From: Dudresnaya verticillata
Lineage: Eukaryota
DNA: 64,000 bases
NCBI GenBank assembly: GCA_977862235.1
Contig: OZ374560.1
Coordinates: forward strand, 1,426,001 to 1,490,000
Direction of reading: 5' to 3'
The notes beneath the pieces were generated by a model, which ran no database searches, had not been told where the DNA came from, and was given only the letters and a program-made list of their open reading frames with translations. Positions 26,120-38,119 of this stretch are shown here, in pieces. Both the position numbers and the translations under genes were made by a program. Numbering within the stretch: the first letter of the stretch is position 1; the number at the start of each line of letters is the position of its first letter.

Positions 26120-26613
26120 AGAATCAAGCTTCGTGTTTCAATAAGCTCTGTTTTGTATCAGTGTTTAGAAAAAGAAGACATTGGCAAGGACAATATTCAG
26201 AACAACATTTGAGTTGTTCTGAATATTGTCCTTGCCGACTGAAACCAACTCCCTGACCTGTTGTCTGGACAGGTCAGGGGTTGGTTTCAGTCGTCCCGCC
26301 TCATCAGCGGAGTGATATCTCACTAACATTCTTGGAATCTGGAGACAAAATGCGGATGCCAGCATTAATCGGAGTTCTCTCCGCCCTACAAGATATACAT
26401 GAACCTCGTATCTTCTTCAATTCAGAACAACGGGAATCATTCCTAGAACGCGACCGGGAGTATTCTCGGAGGGGAAGGCAGCAGTCCTCGAACATAGTCG
26501 ACCAAACAGCACATCATATTCGTTGGAACAATCCTGGTCTGGATGTCCATCGGCTTAATGTGAGGGATCGAGGACGGCGTACTGCTAGAGTACTGAAATT
26601 CTCTGCTGTTTGA
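26120..26613 (+). pseudogene. 3' remainder of the 17187-20392 unknown gene, containing a twin-hairpin segment
   Basis: In frame with the upstream ORF across the TSD. ORF 26281-26613 follows the hairpins. Confidence 0.45.
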
Positions 26614-28000
26614 TGGATTTAGACTTTACGTTAGTACACATAAATAAAAATGCCATTCTCGAGGTAGACGAGGATTCAGAGAAGTTCTGTTACTTGATGC
26701 AATGGTTGTTCAGTTTTTTGTTAGCAGAGGAAAATTTATCCTCACTGCTTTCACTATGTCGCAGCTGCCAACAACCATGAGTGCATTAATTATATTACCA
26801 CTCTCTCATTCTTTTTGTGCGACTCATGGAAAGAGAGTAATTAAAGAAATGCATGTTATGTATACATGTTATGTATTTCTATATATGGACGGGACGCGGG
26901 TGCTTCCGCGGCGGAAGAATGGGGACACTACCCTACCTGTGGCACACTAACCTATCAGCGCATGTTGTTGAAGAAGTCCAGGAAAATTGACCATTTGTGG
27001 GACTCCGAACCAGAATATGGTTTCCAGAAACGAATTCGTAGGTGCCTGGCTTCCAGGTGTCCTTAAAATTTAATATTAGATTTGTTGCGGGGCTGTCTTG
27101 TGATTGCATCCGACTGTTTGTCTGAGAAGCAGAGACGAAAATACTGGGTCCCGGTTTGGAAAATTATCCATGACGCCACTCCGGGAGTGGAGTGGTGAAT
27201 TTTCCTATCATTTTCCTGGCGAGGTTGCGCGCAACCAGAACTATGTTGCCTGTCGCATAACGCATGGCAATTGCAGTGATACATGACTTCGGGTGAGAGG
27301 TACTGTTTAATCACTACCGTGGGTGTAACGGCCCCTGTGTTATCGAACGGCTACTTTTGAAGACGCGAATGGCAATGGTAAATCGTTCGTTCAGCAGACC
27401 TGTAAGAGTCGCGATTCATTAACGCATATAGAGGTGTAAAAAATCCTGGGGCCTCGCGTCAGTCCGGCAGCACAACTTCCAGAACCGCGGAATGAAAACA
27501 ACTTCTTAAATTTCACACATGTTGAACGTTCGTCACAATCGAGCCAGGTAGTAAAACGTTGTGAGTCTAGAGCGCTTCAGGCGTAGACTCTAAATATGCG
27601 CCAATTTGAGTTCCTACACTTATAACTGTTACGAGTACTATAAAAGACACGTTCCGGGCACGTAATAGATACCCGGTACTGCACAAGATTGCTATGCGTA
27701 ACACTTCTGTAGCAACGGACAAACGCGTGTTGGCAGGGTTCCTTCGATATTTGTTGAGTTTCTTTTGTTGATGTAATGTCAGCCGTTTAGTAATAAAGTG
27801 CTGGTGCTGGCAGCGATGAAACGAGTACGAAGGAGTCCCTTCTCCCGAAGAAGTGCTGTAGCGTGGCAAGGGAGTCATTTTTCTTGGGAACCGAGACTGA
27901 CCAGCAATAACCCAAGCAATACCCCCAGCATCACGAGCCGGTATTTCATGATCTACCCATTCCCTGCTGTTTTCGTTAAGTCTTCCGCCAGCTACCGGTC

Positions 28001-29704
28001 ATGTCAGGCCAAGTTGTATCTGATCCTGACTATGGGCATCCTCCTCCTCCTGAAGAAATTCAACAGGAAGAGGTCCCAGGAGTGGCAAGGGATGATATTA
28101 CAGACGTGCGAAAACTAATGGGTCCATCACAAGCCGTGGAGAACCAAGGAAAGCGTAGGAACTGTTCAGCTTACGATGGACCATATCCGACACCTGGAGA
28201 GGTCGTTAAGGTATGGTGGTATGTAGGCGACTCCGGTACGGAAGGAGAAGAAGATCCAGAATGGATACCGACCAATACCTCTCGTGTACGAGATAATGAC
28301 GGATACGGTGAAGGAAAATTGTGGCCAGCAATTGTGAGTGAGGGAAAGGCTCCACATTCTCTTTCGCTCAAGTACGCGATGATCACGGAATGGTGCGACT
28401 CTTCAGACGTAGAAGACTACACATACGAGGACGTTTTCTTCTTCGGAGAGCATAAAATCAGGCATTCACTTGGTGGGAAGCATGGTGGGGTTGTTACAAC
28501 GTGGAGATATTACAATTGGAGTTCCTATCGAACCGACGCAATTTCCGGTAAGGATATGGACGATGTTTCAGGAGGAGGGACCCCTATTAATTGTGAGCGG
28601 GCCCACTCAGAATTTCGGATAGGTGTCAGTAGTCTCTCGGAAAGGCTGAATAATCTTGAAGGAGTTGTGGAGTCTTTCGGAAAGATATTCCAAGGCATCC
28701 AAAGTCTTCACGAACCTTCTGGCAACTCGTCTGCGAGCACTGAGATTCCTCTGAGAATTTCTAAGTTTCTTCGATCGTATGTGTTGACATCATGCAGTAC
28801 TAAATTTGGAAGGAAGAGGGTCACGAGGAAGAACACCTCGTTGAATGCTGTCGCTGGACATTTGCTTGTGATGAGAGGAATGTCAAGATCCAGGTCAACA
28901 GACTGCACGCTAAAAGAGTTCCAACTCCTGTTCCAGGACTTGCAACGACGTATGCACGGGAATGTTAAAGTACGTCCTGTTCAGTAGACGTCCGCAGTAC
29001 TGAATCTTCGAGTTCATAGCCAACTTAGAATTTCTTTCAAGTCTTGGAAAGAATTTTGTTCGGTTTTGCAGACCAATCAAGACATATGCAAGTCCTTGAT
29101 TCTTGTTGAAGGGAGTAAGGGTCGCAACAACATCACAGAAGAAGCATTCCTCATTGGTACATGTGTCCAAGACGCCTCAACGCAAAAACGTCTATCCGAG
29201 ACAAGTGCAGTTGCGAACAGGAGTTCTTCAGTAGGTGATACAACAACTATTCCAGGAGTTGGTCCCCTTATGCTGAGCCAGTGTGATCCCGGGGCGCTTC
29301 TATCCGTCATTACTAGGATGGAGTCTTCATGGATTGAATCGCGAGGGCAGTTCGAGACATCGTTCTCGAAATCAGAGTTTAGGGCAAAGGATTTGTTGCG
29401 AAGATTGCGAGATGAGGGCGTTGAAGTGTTGAGTGACAGTGAAGAGGAAAACGGCCGAGAGGCAGTGGGTATTACAGGCAGGTCGTCAGCATATTCGAAG
29501 AATGTGGAAGAGTTCATGATATGCTGGGAACAGACACGTATTCAAGGTAGATACCCTAGTACGAAGTTTTTTGGAACCCAAAATATTAGTGGGAAGGCTT
29601 TTTGTCTCGTACCGAGGACCCGCATACTCACTAAGAACGTCTGTTGCGAGATATTAGATTTATGGGATACGCATCATAGTGAGTTTGAGAACTTTCTCTG
29701 TTGA
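28001..29704 (+). pseudogene. Unknown protein of about 567 aa with one in-frame stop; N-terminal region resembles a Tudor/Agenet-like barrel
   Basis: ORFs 28001-28987 and 29066-29704 share a frame, with only TAG 28985-28987 between them. Pattern GEVVKVWWY...LWPAIV...LSLKYA...EDVFF, then a short coiled coil (LSERLNNLEG). Confidence 0.6.
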
Positions 29705-30852
29705 GCGGTTAAGATATGTCCCCCTGTCGATCCGGCTTTTAAATTTGGTATGCATAGAGGTACTAGTCTCGCGGTGTGAAGGTGTGAACACCTTGTCTTC
29801 GATAACACCATTTCACAACCCCATTGCCAATCACAATATAAGGATTTTAATCGATAAGATACCTGATCGCCCCGAATTGAGCTTCCTAGATATAAACCCA
29901 TCTATCTGAGAACAATTTTGTCCACTTATTTTCTGCTTTCAGCATTAAATGATATGTGCAGTAGCACGCATTGCAGGCAACATTGCAAGAAATCAATCAC
30001 TAGAGCCGGATGAATTATAATGCGCAGTATAGGATCCTATGCTCGAGCACGATTCTGAGAGCTGAAACGCTCGTGATGACGATGATAAAACTCATCTAAT
30101 GATGCGCGGCCATTTAGAGCCGCCGAGGCAATCACCGGCAGGGCTCAAATTCCCTTTCCTTTTCCGCCTCTTTAAGTAGATATACTACCGTATCGGTCCC
30201 TTGAATGGTAGATGTGCTAATCTAGTTACAGCATCGTTGTGGTCACCTTAACTGATATTCCATTGCTACACTTTTTTGCTAATAAGTTGCAGGTAGCTGC
30301 CACTGTCCTCACCCGGAAACATTAAAAATCTCTATCTCTTTTATTCTTTAAAGAGGCTGCGTTATTGAAACTGTAAATGACGATCATTTGGACTTTACGA
30401 GAGACCGATTTTCCAGGGGCGCTCTCAAAACTTCATGAACTTGTTCCATCCCTTTCGAATCATTCATCTCTTCGGTGAGTGCAACTGTAAGACATTAGAT
30501 TCGGTTTTGAGCGACTGATATCAAGCAGAATGAAAGTATTGATGAATCGATCTTTCCACCGCCTTCAAGGCCCAGAATCTAGGACACTTATCTGCCCAAT
30601 CGTCCATGCAAGGGCCAAGTACGGGGAATGAAACCCATCTTCAATTCTTTCACTGAAGGTAAAAGTAAACGTTCGTCGGCAGCTATATAACATGAGAAGA
30701 GTAATGTGCCCGCCGCATAGAAACGAACAATCTCGTAACAATGGGAATGTGCAAATTCCCTTTAATGCTTCGAAATGGAGTTCTAGGGAACCGTGTGACC
30801 GAAATATATAACGTAGAAAGGCTAAGGTCGATTCTGCAGGCGGGGCAATGTA

Positions 30853-33800
30853 ATGCTCGTGGCTTCAGTCAAGTTTGAGCTTCTAAAGGCTCTAGTGGCA
30901 CTTAAAACATTCAAAGAGGTTGATGACATCTGCCAACTAACTAAAGAAGCACTGAAGACATGGCTCGACCAGCAATATGAGCAAGTGGTGGACACCTGCA
31001 GCCTCGAAAAACTTGATTCTATTGTGAAAAGAAGTTATTGATGAAAGTGAAGGAGCCCTGCCCCAAACGTCGAGCGAAGAATTTGTTCACAGACTACATA
31101 ATTCTTCTATAATAAAAGAAGCTGGACAAGCTCATCGAAGAGAATTCTAAAGTGGCAATTGGCCACATTGTCAGCGCAGTGAGACCAGCAGCGCTAAAGC
31201 AAAAAATTGAAAACGATATCGTTCTACACAAAGCCTCATTAGGAAAGGATTTGTATAAGTTTTATCAAAATGTAATGGAGAAGGCAGTTGCCCTAGATAA
31301 ACTCTTACCTTCTATTGAGAAGACTTCCGGGCAGAGGGAGAGTTTGCCTTCCAAAAATGACAAGAAGGGCCGAGAAGGACCTTCAGCGTTCGGCGGTAAG
31401 CCAAATAGAAACAAGACTACAGATGAGCCCATTTCGGATTCAGACTTTGGTAACGGCTCCAAACACCCTTCCAAAATGGAAGCCAAAACGAAGACGGAGA
31501 AGGAAAATGCAGGGGCAGGAACCATACGCGAGCCACCTGTTTGTTTACACAAAAAACGTGCCCCGGAAAGAAACAGTTTATGCGTGATTTCCCGGAGACC
31601 TCTCTTGAGGAGGCAAAGAAGCTTGTTCAGGAGCATAGAGACAAACTACAGAAGGATGACAAAAAGGCCGGCGGCGCTAAACGGGTACAGGTCAATGAAA
31701 GAGGTATCGGGACAGGTGCTAAACGCCGTGATGGTCGCATGTATGGAAAGCCGGCCGATACTGTCCCAGTTACAGTATACGGTGAATATGGTGCAGATCA
31801 TGCAGTCTTAAGCGAAGGTCACCTTGATCAGTTGGCCAGCAGAAACATATTTGTATCGATCTTTCCTTTAAGAGAACCAATCGTCATGGACCTGGCTGTT
31901 GAAGGTTCAGACAAGTGCTTGCATGCTACTGCTACCAAGAAAGCACGCCTTTACATTACCTTAGTGAAAAGGAATATGGAGAGGTTGGAGTTGAACAAGA
32001 TGAGGAATGGAAGTCGCTTGACTTCATTTACTACAGTCGACCATCCGACAAGGCTTATATCAGCTTTTCGGATGAGTTGCTTTGCGAACACAAACAAAAC
32101 AAATCATTAAAGAAACGCCCAAAATCCTATCATCAAATGGGCGGGAAAAAGTAAAGCAATCAAATCTACCAAATCATACTCTCGGCACACTCACATCCGC
32201 CACCAAAATGGGCGGGAACTTGCACACCAGTGTTGCTAACTGCTGACATCTGCAATCCCTCTGGCGACCGCATTTCCTGCCATCCATATGTACTCCAACT
32301 TTGGGCGGGAACTCGAAAGTATCGAGTGTCCCCGCATGGCTGCTGTCGGACAACACTGCACACCACGTGGCCGCACTTGCGAGCTGAAGTCCGTCCATGA
32401 ATATCCAACTTGGATCATTGACCACGTAATCACCCAGATTTGCCTACGTGGCAGCTGTAAACCAACGTGTCGGCCGCACGACAGCTACGTGCCGACTGTA
32501 AACCAACGTGTCGGCCGCACGACAGCTACGTGCCGACTGTAAACCAACGTGTCGGCCGCACGACAACTGCATCTGCTGATATCACAAGCCAGGCTCCACG
32601 TAGCGCAAGTCCCTGCAGTACCAACTCAGACGCCATCAGCACATTGCATGGCACGTTCATATGTACTTGTGGAGTACAGTGCGAGTCATACCAGTACCAT
32701 TCCATGCCATACCACGTGCATCCATGTGGTCCAATCAGATCGTTCCACTTGGCCGTTCCTGTTATAACCGCCAATTCCAGCACAACACTTGTAAGCCATA
32801 TAGACCATGGAGGCGGTTTGTAACAACCAATCAGAAGCCCGTTTCACGTTGCTTTTGCAAAAGGCCTAAATGCGCCGTGATTTTGGAAGCCCGGAAAAAG
32901 GGCTGTCGTCTCCGGAAGGTTTAGTGAAAGCGTGCCAGGGTACCATCTGGGGTACCTGACCCGTGACGTGAGGCGCCAGCGACCATGTTCTCAACACTTA
33001 GAGCTCCCGGAAGGGCCAATGCGCATGCACAACGTCGAGGTTATGGTTCTACGTGAAAAATAGTAGAGGTACTACTATCGCGTCCCCTTCTAATCTCCCT
33101 TGGCTTTGACTTAGATGCACATCTCGCTCGCGTACGGTCACAGTACCATAATCAGGACTTTTCAAATATCAACTTTGAGCCGTTGGACCCGGTAAGCATG
33201 AATCAAAAAAGTCGTCGGCTTGCCAGGCTGATGACAGCATCCATGGAGTTTGACAACTCTGTTAGATACCTCGATTCTGAATCTGGAGAACTCAGCACTC
33301 AACATGAACATATCAACTAGGATATGGCAAAGCTCGTGGTGGGAAGACATGTCCCTGAGGAGGTGACGCCACATTTGCGAGCGATATTACAGGAGGCGAC
33401 GGATAACGATTTATCCGACGAGGACCCTGAACGTCTCAAAGTGATACTTGAGACATACGCCGATATATTCAGGGTGAAACTGTGAGCAGATCCCCAAGTT
33501 GACATCCCGGCAATGCATATTCGCCTCCTCCCTGACGCGAAACCAGTACACGTTAAGGTACGTAGGTACACTAAGCCCCAAGAAGACTTTCTTCACGATA
33601 AAGTACAGGAGTTAGAAAACCTGGGATTGGTGAAACGTAATGCGCAAAGTTCCTGGGCTTGCGCGCCTCTCATCGTAGGGACCGGAGGAATTTCGCTTCG
33701 CGGTGGATCTCAGGCCAGTTAACAAGGTCACATTGCCGCACATCTGGCCAATGCCCAACATAGAATCATCAATAACTAGACTGACTGGGCGGAGGTTCTT

Positions 33801-34597
33801 CGCCACTATCGACCTCTGCCAAGGATACTGGCAACTGGCGCTCGACGAATCATCCCAAGAGTGTCAGATCTTCATCACTCCCGACAGAGTATTCAGCCCA
33901 ACGAGAGTTATGCATGGGCAGCGAAATGCAGTTTCATACTGTCACAGCTCCATTCAAACGATGAGCAGGGTTCTTGAGGAGAAGTTCCTGATATGCTAGA
34001 AGTTCCTGTTATGGCTAGATGATATGCTATTCCACGCTGCCAACACAGCTGAACTATTGAACAGCCTGGAACAGTTCTTTGATATATGCCAAACACATGG
34101 TTTGAAGTTGCATGCAGCGAAATGCAATTTGTTCCTAACTACAGTTCGCTGGTGCGGCAGACTCATAAGCGCTCAAGGGGTTATAATGGACCCATCTAGA
34201 TTAGACGCCCTCCTGAAGATGCAAGAGCCACAGAAAGGGTCCGAGCTGCAACAGTTTCTCTGCGCAACGAACTGGATGCCCTCTGCCATTGCGGAGTTTA
34301 CGTCCTTAACAGCTCCCCTATCTCTTTTATTGGAGGATGTATGCGTCAAAGCTGGAGGACGAACAAGGCAAAAAGCCGGAAAAGTGAAACTATCTGATGT
34401 GGGTTGGGGCGAGGGCCACCAGAAAGCCTTCTTCAGCTCAAAGAAAGCCTTAATGAATGCCGTAACCCTTGCGCACCCGGACCCGGATAGGACGTTCCGC
34501 CTTTTCACTGATGCAAGTGATTTGCACTGGTCGGGATTGCTTACACAGATACCGAATGAGCCCTGGACTTGTCTTTTGAAGAACAAGCTCATGAACC
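30853..34597 (+). mobile_element. Decayed Ty3/gypsy gag-pol fragment (gag, PR, RT, start of RNase H), split by a family-A solo LTR
   Basis: DLRPVNKVT..MPNIE..FATIDLCQGYWQL..RVMHGQRNA..WLDDML..LKLHAAKC (RT) and LFTDASDLHWSGLLTQ (RNase H), in PR-RT-RH order. Many stops and frameshifts. Confidence 0.88.
31965..32996 (-). mobile_element. Family-A solo LTR (1032 bp)
   Basis: TG...CA ends, TSD CTTAG at 31960-31964 and 32997-33001. The Gypsy reading frame (LYITL|ELPEGP) resumes across it. Confidence 0.95.
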
Positions 34598-34760
34598 GTG
34601 TGAACAGTCTCATAAAAGTCGTCGAGAGCGGCCTGGTACTTGCCTTTCAGTTGCGGACGCTTCAGCTTGACCGACGGAGTCATCAGGTCATTATCGACCG
34701 CGAAGCTTTCCAGGTTCCAAAGCATATCAAAAGACGTTGCGGGAACAACTTGAAGTTCCA
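34598..34760 (-). pseudogene. C-terminal fragment of a long-chain acyl-CoA synthetase
   Basis: ESFAVDNDLMTPSVKLKRPQLKGKYQAALDDFY matches the F(S/T)xENxLLTPTxKLKRxxLxxxYxxxIDxxY tail typical of eukaryotic LACS enzymes. Confidence 0.7.
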
Positions 34761-36795
34761 GATAGACGCAACTGTTGGAGAATGGAATATGGGACTGTCA
34801 ACTGTCCGCGCTCAGAAAGAATTCTAATAGCTCTGTCTTAAGACAGAGCTATTGCGTTAAGGCCAACGATTTACACTCCGACAAGGGCTTGCAAGGGAGC
34901 TTCGCACTATCTTGCAATGTCAGTGGGTGAAATGTTTGCCCCAGACACAAATGGGAAGAAGGTGGGAGGCAGCTATATCCCTTTTGGGTCAGCTTAAAGC
35001 TATTGTAACCTTTATGTTATAACCGCAACTGTAAGCAGACGCGGATACCGAGGATGGCCTCGGAACAGGTATAATCTCGGAACTGGATGTGTAAAAGCGC
35101 CCGACTTTCCGAAACGCACATCGTTTTGCTTCTACTCCTGTACTGAATACCTCTTGACGCCGCGACAACGAGTGGCGTTCTGCACAGAAAATGGGGAATA
35201 GAACGCTATTGCTCAGTTGCGCGATGCAATTATGAAGAAACAGTGTGAGCTCTTCGACTGCACGGTTGCAGGAGTACAGTGAACCCGTACCGGATGATGC
35301 TTAGATGTCCCCTTCTCAAGGTTTGAAGTAGTATATGACTCATACAGTATGACAGCCAACGGCTTGTCGTTGTCCCCTCTAGTGGCACATTATATGTGCC
35401 TGATCATTGTGTTGCGAAAGCTCTCGTTGTTGTTGTCGATGATCCCTTTCTTCTTCTCAAGTCTCTCAGCCTTCCCTTATCTACCACAGCAGAAGTGCTG
35501 AAGGGCGAGTGCTCAAACTAGAGCATTGAACAGCTACAAGCTACAAATACAAACAGCTTCAAGCTACAGAACATGGGCTAACGGCTCTGTGTATCGCTTA
35601 GAAATAAGCACCAATATCATTTTGCAACAATTGCAATGCAGCTATTATCATTGCAAATTACAGTCTCAAGATCGATTTGTATAAAATGGAGGAAAACGAA
35701 ACGTTGATATGGCGCATTTTGTTCGTTGAAGCTATAGGAAACATTTCGGCTGCAAGTCAGTGAGCATATACTGCTTATCTTTTTTATATTACTACTTATA
35801 GATCCTGTTTTGTTGATGTCAAGAGTCTTCTCTGCACCCAGCTTCTCAATACCAAGTCCATCCCCATGGTTTTCTGAAGAGAAGAAAGTCTCTTTGCGCG
35901 CTGCATCCAACAAGCGTTTCCCTACAGCTGGAATATGAATCGCGGCAGATTTATCATATAGACAGCTCACAATCGTACTATGACTTCTTAATGTACCATG
36001 GCTTAAGTCTACGCTCTCACAGATTCGCCAGAAGATCCGTGACTTTCTCCTTCACTAGCCTCGTCGGAAGTATATCCACAGTTGTGCCTTTTAACTTCAG
36101 GAGAAGCTTCTTCTTAGACGGACTTGCTACAAGTGTGAAGGCCCTTGCGTTACAACTGTTGTGGGAAAAGAACCATTTAGGCGAACAACGTAGCGCAGAT
36201 AACAGTTGCGGCAAAAAAGAACACTCGCAGCCTTTGAAATGTCAACATGCACAGGTTTTCCCGCTCCTTTATTCTGATAAAAACCGGTGTATCAGTCCGT
36301 GCGATTGGGCACGCTGCGCAGGTGCTATCCTGAAAGAGTATATACTAGGATATTATATTATATACAGGATATCCTACAAAGCATTCGGATCTCGTGTGAA
36401 CTCATCGGTGGACACCTATGTATCTTTACAGTCACATTAACGGTTGTGTTCATAGTTCATAATAGTCTATTTGGTCTCTCGTCAATTCACTACTAGAACA
36501 GTACTACTCCTGATAGTTCTCATCGTTCAGCTCCATCGGAAAGGAGTCGTAGGAGTCATCCTTTTCGTGATATGTAGACCATAGAGTGTTGTAACGGCGA
36601 ATACCGCCCCTCGCCAGCAACGCGTGAGCTCGAATGTTAACATCTACCTTTCCAATGCCTTTCACGTCTACGCTTCTGAATACGTTTTTATTTGCTCCAG
36701 AGAAGGTGTCCAAATAATGCGTGAGCGGATAGGTAGTGCCCGCCGCCTCCATCTCTTTCCCAATGACAGCGGCATGGTGAACGTCAGACCGCAAG

Positions 36796-37217
36796 AGCTC
36801 ATAGGTGCGGCCACGTGGTGTGCAGTGTTGTCCGCCAGCGGCCATGCGGGGACACTCGATACTTTCAAGTTCCCGCCCAAAGTTGGAGTACATGTGGATG
36901 GCAGGAAATGCGGTCGCAAGAGGGATTGCTGATGTCAGCAGTTAGCAACACTGGTGTGCAAGTTCCCGCCCATTTTGGTGGCGGATGTGAGTGTGCTGAG
37001 AGTATGATTTGGTAGATTTGATTGCTTTACTTTTTCCCGCCCATTTGATGATAGGGATTTTGGGCGTATCTTTAATGATTTGTTTTGTTTGTGTTCACGC
37101 AGCAACTCATCCGAAAAGCTGATATAAGCCTTGTCGGATGGTCGACTGCAGTAAACGAAGTCAAGCGACTTCAATTTCTCATCTTGTTCAACTTCAACCT
37201 CTCCATATTCCTTTTCA
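36796..37217 (+). repeat. 5'-truncated family-A LTR
   Basis: Matches the last about 420 bp of the LTR, ending CCTTTTCA. It is followed by Copia-B coding sequence rather than the PBS. Confidence 0.9.
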
Positions 37218-38119
37218 TTTGGACCTTGGTGCAAACGCCAACACTCCCATTGTTGGTCGTGGTGATGTCATGCTGAAGCTGTGCGTCAACGGCAATTCGG
37301 TCAATTGCATCATTCGCAACGTATTACGCGTTCCTGCTCTGCGCTACCAGCTGCTCTCTGTTTCCGCTATGACCAAACTGGGAATAGAAACGGTCTTCAC
37401 AGACTCCGGTGCTACACTCCGCCGTCGTTCGCCTTGGGCCACCGTTGCTTCCGGCACCCTCACCAAAGGACTCTACACCCTTGACGTTGACGTGGAATCC
37501 CCAAACACGACACCTACGTTACCCCAAACTGCCTTGGTTGCTTCCCTTCACCTTTGGCATCAGCGACTCGCACATGTGAGCATGTCCGGCATCAGATCTG
37601 TGGTCACTCGCGGGGTGGTGAAGGGTATAAAACTCGCCAACGAACAACATTCTGGGGAATGTATTGGGTGTGTCCTCGGCAAGTCGCATCGTGCCACTAT
37701 TCCGAAATTGCGCGAGAGCCGCTCTATCCGGCTTCTGCAACTGGTACATTCCGACGTCCTTGGCCCTGTTGAAGTTCGGTCGTTAGGGGGCGCAAGGTAT
37801 TTTGTGTCCTTCATCGATGACTTCTCCAAATGGACCGTCGAATTTGCGATGCGACGGAAGTCCGAGGTACTAGAATGCTTTAAGCAGTAAAGCCCTGGCC
37901 GAGAACCATACAAATCGCGTTGTGTGGAAACTTCACGTACATGAGTTTCATGGTGCCATGGTTGACGACATCAGCCCCTACGCCTCAAGGCCCTACGCTC
38001 CGATAATGGTGGAGAATACCTCTCTGGCGACTTTAAGAATTTTTTGGTGGACCACGGAATCCAGCATCAACTCACGGTCGCATATACTCCCCAACAAAAT
38101 GGGGTGGCAGAGCGAATGA
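37218..38119 (+). pseudogene. pol: Fragment of a different Copia family (B): end of protease, GAG-pre-integrase and integrase core
   Basis: LWHQRLAH..CIGCVLGK, LVHSDVLGP, FIDDFSKW, LRSDNGGEY, TPQQNGVAERM. Stop at 37888-37890 and a frameshift. Cut on both sides by family-A LTRs. Confidence 0.9.

Noticed and set aside
27312..27330. CACTACCGTGGG as a CACTA terminus
   Set aside because: I found no matching inverted copy or TSD in the window.
32455..32566. 41-bp repeats as a CRISPR array
   Set aside because: The units are contiguous with no unique spacers, lie inside LTRs, and there are no cas genes in this eukaryotic TE context.
35617..36440. Short ORFs as a host gene
   Set aside because: Fragmentary, on both strands, with no recognisable motif.
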